A model generated the notes under the pieces. It did no database searches, was not told the DNA's origin, and saw nothing but the letters and a program-made list of their open reading frames with translations. The position numbers and the translations under genes are program-made. A DNA stretch of 64,000 bases from Lachnospiraceae bacterium UBA7202. Lineage in GTDB: Bacteria > Bacillota > Clostridia > Lachnospirales > Lachnospiraceae. The stretch lies in contig DKUO01000023.1 of the NCBI GenBank assembly GCA_002490705.1, positions 6,535 through 70,534 on the forward strand, written 5' to 3'. Positions 58,601 through 64,000 of the stretch are shown here, piece by piece. The stretch's first letter is position 1; each line of letters opens with the position of its first letter.

Positions 58601-59382
58601 GAAACATTGACGTCCGCCTTATTCAGGCATCCCACAATATTGCCCACATTATCGCCGGCTGTGCCGCCTGTGTAGTGCGCCCCCGTAATTTCCCCGATGG
58701 TCTCGCAATCCATCAGCACGCCGCTGATCTCATTGTACCCGGTAATACCGCCCACATAATCGCTGCCCTTCACCGTACCGTCAAAGATACAGTTTAAAAG
58801 CACGCCGCTGTTATCTCCCACAATGCCGCCTACCACCATCTGATTCCCGGTGGGCCTGACAGACCCTTCCACCCGCAGATTGACGAGCACCGCCGACTTC
58901 TGGGTACAGTTAAACAATCCCACATAGGAAACCGGCTTATATACCGTAAAGCCGCTGATGGTGTGCCCCTGTCCGTCAAAATAACCGCCAAAGGTGGGTA
59001 TGGAGACAAAGTTTTCCCCGGACAGGCTGATATCCTCCGTCAGATATACCTTTTTATTCTGTGACCAGGTGTCCAGCCAGCAGTTCCGCGAAAACTCCTT
59101 GAAGTCCTCCACGTTTCTGATATAGACGGACTCCCACTCGATTTCCTCATCCTGATAGGAATCAATCACCTCGTTGGCATCTTCCACGCTGGCAACTTCT
59201 TCCTCTTCGCCTTCCTCTGTATTCCCGTCCTTTTCTCCGCCCTTCGCCTTCTTTTCCGCCGCCTTTTCTTTCTCCGCCTCTGACTGCGGGTTTCCCTCCA
59301 CAGCCAATGCCGTTGCCGCCGGAAACGCACTCGCCATCACCGCCACCGAAAGTAACAGGGCTGTCACTTTTCTTTTACTCAT
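55669..59382 (-). CDS. Large membrane-anchored surface protein with two GLUG-motif repeat arrays
   Basis: 1237 aa with a signal peptide (ALLLSVAVMASAFPAATALA). Six GG(I/V)xG repeats, a helical Asp-rich region of about 410 aa, five more repeats and a beta-rich region. The C-terminal TM helix is followed by KKRKKRREKK. Confidence 0.75.
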   Translation of the reverse strand: MSKRKVTALLLSVAVMASAFPAATALAVEGNPQSEAEKEKAAEKKAKGGEKDGNTEEGEEEEVASVEDANEVIDSYQDEEIEWESVYIRNVEDFKEFSRNCWLDTWSQNKKVYLTEDISLSGENFVSIPTFGGYFDGQGHTISGFTVYKPVSYVGLFNCTQKSAVLVNLRVEGSVRPTGNQMVVGGIVGDNSGVLLNCIFDGTVKGSDYVGGITGYNEISGVLMDCETIGEITGAHYTGGTAGDNVGNIVGCLNKADVNVSNEDTAKSLEDISLEQYTTGIFTALDKEEDEKGSKLSTTDNTVDSGGIAGLSTGIIQNCVNEGTIGYEHVGYNTGGIVGRQSGYVYACANKGRVYGRKDVGGIVGQAEPYIAIDLSEDIVLQLSDHIDTMHDQIEKMLDDAGDQSDMISNRLSVIRDFADRAIDDTHVLADRTIDWTDSMMDSVNEAVNRFDYVLDETAKDDGVIDHMTDAASDVKDTAKELGDMVQAMDIYQYMPPEEQVLYDDAKAAIENGGKEHARYAADGTAAYEHYYIAKKINDGSDMMNNWESDLEPVGASRPGANDDFNDVLTAGSVYLSISGWVHNSDGQSFPLSDGSERAAADQEVESWVAEQMAGNASAIARAASRYADDQFRNKYGVEYADYMQNQLATMTDIAARYTGEMTDAARDQLGDAVDSAKDAAGNLEDAGEGTKDILKTLNDKEDIVFPRLGEDYHSTTGSLNSNLKNISENMGYLNDEMASSGDVIGDDLSNINDEFSEIMRLYTDAMDGVLDMDYSNIYEDESEENAEECIDSTVADCVNNGRVEADLNVSGIAGTMAIEYDFDLESDVTGIDDARANSTFLTRCVLRQNVNQANVTAQKSYVGGVCGLQEMGMVLRCENYGRIESTSGDYVGGIAGQSISHIKNSYAKCTVSGGEYVAGIVGYGYGIENCCAMVKVKEAEAFSGAIAGKVTDNAEIAENFFVSDEIAGIDRISYSGMAEPVSYKTLLEMEGIPTKFRNMKITFYADDEEVGTAECPFGGSVALDKYPTIPAKEGFYADWDNKELVDVRVDEDVTVEYVRYLTTLAGSWMRENNQSSLLVDGMFAQEDEITVDKLGTTDVQVSLPDAQEPEELTECWQIEIPDDGAKTHQIRYQAPQGQTEGVEIYVQDTGAVGWKKAETELMGIYFLFPAEGNSVKIAVSVTQKGIMDYIVFIVAGAVVLILLIVLIVHKKRKKRREKKVQTEIAEENEDGAADTE

Positions 59383-61897
59383 GATCCGCCACCTCCCTGC
59401 TCTCTATCTCCTCGGACACCGACGCCGTCAACTGCCGGTATTCTTCCTCCGAAAGTTCTGTCACATCGCCGGCCTCCACATAGGCGCTCACATTACCCCG
59501 GACAATGGCGCTCATCGTACCTGTCACAACGCCGTCGATCCGGCCGCGCACCAGTCCGTCCACCCTCATAAGGCCAGTTACATTCTTTGTGCGGATCGGC
59601 ATATTCATGACAAAGGCCGTCTTCTCTATAATCTTATCGCCCACCAGAAGAATTTGCGGCAAAACGAACATCGTAATCAGAATGGAAATCGTCGTACCCC
59701 TTCCCAGACATTTACCAATACCGAAGATCGCCGCATTGGAGGTCAATTTTCCGATCAGGAAGCCAGCCACCACCATCATTGTACCCGATGTGATGATCGT
59801 CGGGAACGCCTGATTCATAGAATCTATGATGGACTGTTTTCTGCCGTTGGTCTCCCGCAGTTCCATATAACGTCCCGCAATCACAATGGCATAGTCGATA
59901 TTTGCGCCCATCTGGATCGAACTGACAATCAAATATGACATAAAGAAAATATTGTCATGCTGCAACGCCGGGAACGAAAAGTTAAGCCAGATACAACCCT
60001 GAATGACCGCAATCAGAAGCACCGGCATACCCGCCGACTTAAAGGTAAACAAAAGCACCACCAGCACGGCAAGAATAGATACCACATTGTTCACCAGATT
60101 ATCCCGGCCAAAGGTCTTTTGCAGGTCATACTGGCTCACCGACTCGCCGCAGACTAAAATTTTACCGTCATAATATTTCGCCGCAATCTCATGCATCCTG
60201 TCGATAAAGGCAAAGGTTTCCTCGCTCTCCTCGGGAAGCGTCAGATAAACAAGCATACGGCTGTAATTTTCTCCCTGAAGCTGGTTCTTTGCAAAATTCA
60301 TGGAGTCAAAAGCATCGTCCAGCGTGTCCTGTAAGTCGTCCTCCAAGGTGACATATCCTTCCTCCACCTCATCATGGACGAACATAAACATATCAATCAG
60401 GGACACCTTGTATTCCGGAAGGCCGTTGACCACCTTCGCATAATCCTCATCGTTTACGGCGTATGCCGCATACACCAGCTCCGCCACCTCATAGTCCAGA
60501 TCAATCAACTCCGAAAACTGCCTCGGCGTCAGCTTGTCTGTCAGGCAATAGCCGTCCATCGCCTCTATGTTGGCAAGACCCATAGCATAATCCACCTCAG
60601 GGCATGCCTCCAATTCCTGTAGAAGCTTCGCTTCGCTCTCATAATCTCCCGCCGGAACAATGAGCGCCACCATGTTACTCGAACCGAAGTTCTCTGTCTG
60701 CATCTCCTCCGTCTTCTGGACACTGTTCTGAATCGGCGGCGTAATTGTCGAGTCGCCGAACACATAAGGACACTTACTGGAAACCATGTAGGCCCCCACT
60801 ATAACAAACACAAAAAGCGGCGCTACAATAAATCTCGTCGCATAGTCAAACTTACCCACAAAAGGAATATCCGGTATAAAATTTTTGTGCTTCGTGCGGT
60901 CCATCAGATTGGAAAATAGCATAATCACGCCCGGCATCAATAAAAATACCGACCCCAGCGCTAAAAAGATGGATTTAATCAGACACATGGAAAGATCCGG
61001 TCCCATCTTGTACTGCATAAAGCCCATGGCAATCAGGCCGCCGATAGTGGTCAGGGAGCTGCCGCAGATCTCGGGGATCGCCTTACTCAAGGCAACGATA
61101 ATCGCCTCCCTGGCTTCCAGATTGACATGTTCCTCTTTGTATCTGTTCAGCAGAATAATCGCGTAATCCACCGACAGTGCAAGCTGTAATACCACCGTAA
61201 CCGAATTGGATACAAAAGAGATGGTTCCGAATATGAAATTCGTCCCCATCTGCAAAATAGCAGCCGCCACAAAGGTAATCAAAAGCACCGGCACCTCTGC
61301 GTACGCCTGAGACGTGAGAAAAAGCACCGTCACAACAACGAACGCCACCAGCACAACGATAACGTTCATCTCATTTGCAATCAATTCCGCCTCGATATCA
61401 CCCAGCGTTGTGGACAGATAATAATCGTAGCCGTCCAGCTCCTGTTTTACCCGGTCCAGCACCTCAAGGCACTGATCATCCTTTTCATCGTAGTCAAAGG
61501 TAATATTATAGTAAGCGGAACCGTTAATATAATGTTCATCCTGATTTTCCAGATCGTCTTCATCCACAAACTCAACCTGAAAAACGCCCTGCATAAATTC
61601 CAGCTTCTGCTCGATGGACACCGCCTGCTCATAAGACACATTGGCAACCATCACATCACAGGTGCCGTATGTAATAAATTCCTGTTCCATCAGATCCAAA
61701 CCCTGCTTTGTCTCCGTAGAATCCGGAAGATAATGGGACATAGAATTTTCCACACCGACCCAGTTCCTCGACACAGCGGAAAAAATAATCAAAATACCAA
61801 ACAGCAAAAAAAACAGGTTTCTCTTATCCACAATAAAGCCGCAGATTTTGATCATCGCCTGATTTCCGCCTCTTTTTTCAGCCTGCTCTTTATCCAT
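59375..61897 (-). CDS. MMPL/RND-superfamily membrane transporter with a C-terminal cytoplasmic repeat tail
   Basis: About 840 aa. Two six-TM bundles, each preceded by a large extracytoplasmic loop. The tail is VTGLMRVDGLVRGRIDGVVTGTMSAIVRGNVSAYVEAGDV. I placed the start at ATG 61897 behind GGAGAGGAG. There is an 8-nt overlap with the downstream gene. Confidence 0.75.
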   Translation of the reverse strand: MDKEQAEKRGGNQAMIKICGFIVDKRNLFFLLFGILIIFSAVSRNWVGVENSMSHYLPDSTETKQGLDLMEQEFITYGTCDVMVANVSYEQAVSIEQKLEFMQGVFQVEFVDEDDLENQDEHYINGSAYYNITFDYDEKDDQCLEVLDRVKQELDGYDYYLSTTLGDIEAELIANEMNVIVVLVAFVVVTVLFLTSQAYAEVPVLLITFVAAAILQMGTNFIFGTISFVSNSVTVVLQLALSVDYAIILLNRYKEEHVNLEAREAIIVALSKAIPEICGSSLTTIGGLIAMGFMQYKMGPDLSMCLIKSIFLALGSVFLLMPGVIMLFSNLMDRTKHKNFIPDIPFVGKFDYATRFIVAPLFVFVIVGAYMVSSKCPYVFGDSTITPPIQNSVQKTEEMQTENFGSSNMVALIVPAGDYESEAKLLQELEACPEVDYAMGLANIEAMDGYCLTDKLTPRQFSELIDLDYEVAELVYAAYAVNDEDYAKVVNGLPEYKVSLIDMFMFVHDEVEEGYVTLEDDLQDTLDDAFDSMNFAKNQLQGENYSRMLVYLTLPEESEETFAFIDRMHEIAAKYYDGKILVCGESVSQYDLQKTFGRDNLVNNVVSILAVLVVLLFTFKSAGMPVLLIAVIQGCIWLNFSFPALQHDNIFFMSYLIVSSIQMGANIDYAIVIAGRYMELRETNGRKQSIIDSMNQAFPTIITSGTMMVVAGFLIGKLTSNAAIFGIGKCLGRGTTISILITMFVLPQILLVGDKIIEKTAFVMNMPIRTKNVTGLMRVDGLVRGRIDGVVTGTMSAIVRGNVSAYVEAGDVTELSEEEYRQLTASVSEEIESREVADHE

Positions 61898-62041
61898 AGA
61901 AAAAACTCCTCTCCTATTCAGTAGGAAATATAGCATTCTAATACGGTTTTGTCAATTCTATGCAGAGTGAGTTTTTACATTCCCGCAATTTTGTATAAAG
62001 CCCTTCTTTACAAACGATTCTCTTTTGCGTACACTATATTT

Positions 62042-62062
62042 GTATTAGAAATTTTCTAATAC
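62042..62062. repeat. 10-1-10 AT-rich palindrome just upstream of the ktrB RBS
   Basis: GTATTAGAAA-T-TTTCTAATAC, verified by reverse complement. It ends 16 nt before the ATG. Confidence 0.9.
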
Positions 62063-62078
62063 AGCAAAGAGGTTTTCT

Positions 62079-63440
62079 ATGAAAAAAAAGATGAAAATTG
62101 ATCTATCCACAACACAGATTATCATGTTAAGCTTTCTGCTTGCCATTCTGGCCGGAAGCTTTCTGCTTGCCCTGCCCGTAAGCTCCGCAGACGGACGAGC
62201 TGTATCCTATATAGACGCACTTTTTACGGCAACCACTTCCATCTGCGTGACGGGACTGGTGACGGTTCCCACCTTTTCTACATGGAGCCTTTTCGGCCAG
62301 ATTGTGATTCTCTTTTTGATCCAGATCGGCGGGCTGGGCGTCGTCACCATCATGTCCGGACTGATGATCAGCCTGCACCGCCGAATCGGCATCAGGGACA
62401 GAATGCTGATTCAGGACGCCTTTAACCTAAATACCCTGTCAGGCATGGTAAAATTTATCCGCAAAGTGCTTCTCGGCACTTTTGTTGTGGAAGGTGTAGG
62501 AGCACTTTTATACATAACGGTTTTTGTCCCGGAATTCGGCGCAAGAGGCATCTGGATCTCCGTATTTAACGCCGTATCCGCTTTTTGCAACGCGGGTATG
62601 GACATTATTTCGGAGAGCAGCCTGTATGCCTATGTACACAATCCCCTGATCAACATCGTAACCATTCTGTTGATCGTTCTGGGCGGTATCGGCTATATCG
62701 TCTGGTGGGATATCATGAATGTTCTGAAGAATATACGGCGGCAAAAACTGAAATGTTTTTCCAACCTGACGCTCCACAGCAAGATCGCTCTTTCCATGAC
62801 CGGAATTCTTATTCTGGCAGGTACGGCTGCCCTGTTTATCTTTGAATACAACAATCCTCTGACCATAGGTAATTTTACCCTCGGCGACAAATTGCTGGCT
62901 TCACTTTTTCAATCGGTCACCACAAGGACCGCAGGCTTTGCAACCATCCCACAGGAGAATTTAACCAACGCTTCAGCCCTTTTCTCCCTGCTTCTCATGT
63001 TTATCGGCGGATCACCGGTGGGAACGGCTGGCGGTATTAAAACAGTGACGATTGCCATTTTAATCGTCTCCGCATTCGCTACCATGAGAAGCAATGCCGA
63101 GGCAGAGCTTTTTCATCGTACCATATCAAAACAGGCTGTCAGCAAAGCCGTCGCGGTGGTGAGTATGGCCTTCATTATCCTGTGCGTCTCCACTATCCTT
63201 TTATCAGCCGTCACGGAAAGAGACGCCCTCGACATTGCCTATGAGACCGTCAGCGCAGCGGCAACCGTAGGCCTGACAAGAAATCTGACCTCCAGCCTGA
63301 ACATCTGGGGAAAAATCATTATTATTGTAACCATGTACCTTGGAAGGGTCGGCCCTATCTCACTCATGATAGCGCTCAACACCAAAAAAGAGACAAAAAA
63401 TATTATCAAAAATCCCACCGAGGAAATCAGCGTGGGATAA
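62079..63440 (+). CDS. ktrB: Potassium uptake protein, TrkH/KtrB family
   Basis: 453 aa. Repeated MPM pore motifs (TSICVTGL, FCNAGMD, RTAGFAT, ATVGLT). Confidence 0.88.
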   Translation: MKKKMKIDLSTTQIIMLSFLLAILAGSFLLALPVSSADGRAVSYIDALFTATTSICVTGLVTVPTFSTWSLFGQIVILFLIQIGGLGVVTIMSGLMISLHRRIGIRDRMLIQDAFNLNTLSGMVKFIRKVLLGTFVVEGVGALLYITVFVPEFGARGIWISVFNAVSAFCNAGMDIISESSLYAYVHNPLINIVTILLIVLGGIGYIVWWDIMNVLKNIRRQKLKCFSNLTLHSKIALSMTGILILAGTAALFIFEYNNPLTIGNFTLGDKLLASLFQSVTTRTAGFATIPQENLTNASALFSLLLMFIGGSPVGTAGGIKTVTIAILIVSAFATMRSNAEAELFHRTISKQAVSKAVAVVSMAFIILCVSTILLSAVTERDALDIAYETVSAAATVGLTRNLTSSLNIWGKIIIIVTMYLGRVGPISLMIALNTKKETKNIIKNPTEEISVG

Positions 63441-63461
63441 TACCTTTTGGGAGGAAAAACT

Positions 63462-64000
63462 ATGGGCATCAATCAATCTTACGCAGTATTCGGGCTTGGC
63501 CGGTATGGTATCGCCGTGGCAAAAGAACTGGTCAGACACGGGGCAGAGGTACTTGCGGTGGATTCGGACGAGGAGCTCGTCAACGCCGCCATCGCAGAGA
63601 TTCCCTACTGTAAATGCGCGGATATCACAGAGCCGGAAGTCATCAAACAACTTGGCATCGCCAATATCGACGTTGTAATTATCGCCATGGCAAGCAGTCT
63701 GGAGGCCAGCGTGATGGCCACCATGCTCTGTAAGGAGATCGGCGTGAAAACCGTTATCGCCAAATGCGCCACAGATATGGACTGTAAAATTTTAAGCAAA
63801 GTGGGCGCAGACCGGGTCGTATTCCCGGAGAGCGAGTCCGGCATCCGGCTTGCCAAAAATCTCTTAAGCTCCGGTTTCGTGGATATCATGGATCTCTCCA
63901 ACGACGTATCCATGGTGGAGTTGGCCGTAAAACCGGAGTGGGAGGGCAAGAACCTGATCGAGTTAAACCTCCGAAAAAAATATTCCATCAATGTGGTGGC
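63462..64000 (+). CDS. ktrA: Potassium uptake regulatory subunit TrkA/KtrA (RCK domain); 3' end outside the window
   Basis: ATG 63462 behind GGGAGG. Rossmann FGLGRYGIAVAKEL. The frame is open to the window end. This ORF is not in the supplied track because it lacks a stop. Confidence 0.85.
   Translation, partial: MGINQSYAVFGLGRYGIAVAKELVRHGAEVLAVDSDEELVNAAIAEIPYCKCADITEPEVIKQLGIANIDVVIIAMASSLEASVMATMLCKEIGVKTVIAKCATDMDCKILSKVGADRVVFPESESGIRLAKNLLSSGFVDIMDLSNDVSMVELAVKPEWEGKNLIELNLRKKYSINVV

Noticed and set aside
57793-58797. A 334-aa ORF on the + strand inside the GLUG-protein gene. Similar antisense ORFs occur at 55753-56553, 53387-54178, 40642-41418, 15530-16246 and 7909-8871.
   Set aside because: All are fully contained in the opposite strand of longer ORFs with coherent domain architecture. 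All are His/Arg/Leu-rich and motif-free.
61937-62078. A c-di-AMP (ydaO/kimA) riboswitch upstream of ktrB.
   Set aside because: The leader is only about 140 nt, is very AT-rich and lacks the conserved ACGGGG/CCC-type cores. There is not enough sequence or structure to support it.

Overview
This 64-kb window is a dense chromosomal segment with about 55 protein genes. I found no rRNA or tRNA genes, no CRISPR array and no transposase, integrase or phage genes. Gene content and order (hprK-glcK, murB-rapZ-whiA-crh, pstCAB-phoU-phoPR, strong GGAGG ribosome-binding sites) suggest a Gram-positive anaerobe of the Clostridia; this is inference only.

Blocks in order:
- 1-5112: phosphate uptake and regulation (pstC', pstA, pstB, phoU, PhoP/PhoR-type two-component system).
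- 5.1-7.6 kb: AraC regulator and GH51 arabinofuranosidase.
- 7.9-11.5 kb: alanine/glycine:cation symporter behind a structured leader, class II FBP aldolase and a DagK-type lipid kinase.
- 11.7-20.9 kb: core block crh-like, whiA, rapZ, murB, 16-bp tandem repeat, glcK, hprK, uvrC, ftsH.
- 21.2-28.3 kb: pyrG, GH3 beta-glucosidase, MFS transporter, family-6 UDG-like glycosylase and Zn-dependent dehydrogenase.
- 28.4-31.1 kb: an orphan three-gene operon. It encodes two paralogous DUF2589-like proteins and a 429-aa protein with basic disordered arms, behind a consensus promoter. This is my best candidate for an undescribed system.
- 31.2-35.9 kb: lantibiotic-type sensing and immunity cassette (HK/RR plus FEG-type ABC) with no biosynthesis genes in view.
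- 35.9-37.0 kb: panE-like reductase plus a translationally coupled small acidic protein.
- 37.1-45.9 kb: Afu/Fbp-like ABC importer whose ATPase carries a ~120-aa insertion, controlled by an SBP + YesM-like HK + YesN-like RR three-component sensor.
- 46.0-55.6 kb: ten-gene Mrp/Mbh-order cation:proton antiporter cluster with four antiporter-like (NuoL/M/N-type) subunits and no hydrogenase module.
- 55.7-61.9 kb: MMPL/RND-superfamily transporter translationally coupled to a 1237-aa membrane-anchored GLUG-repeat surface protein.
- 62.1-64.0 kb: ktrB/trkH and ktrA/trkA (3' end truncated by the window).

All family calls come from motif recognition by eye. No database search was run.
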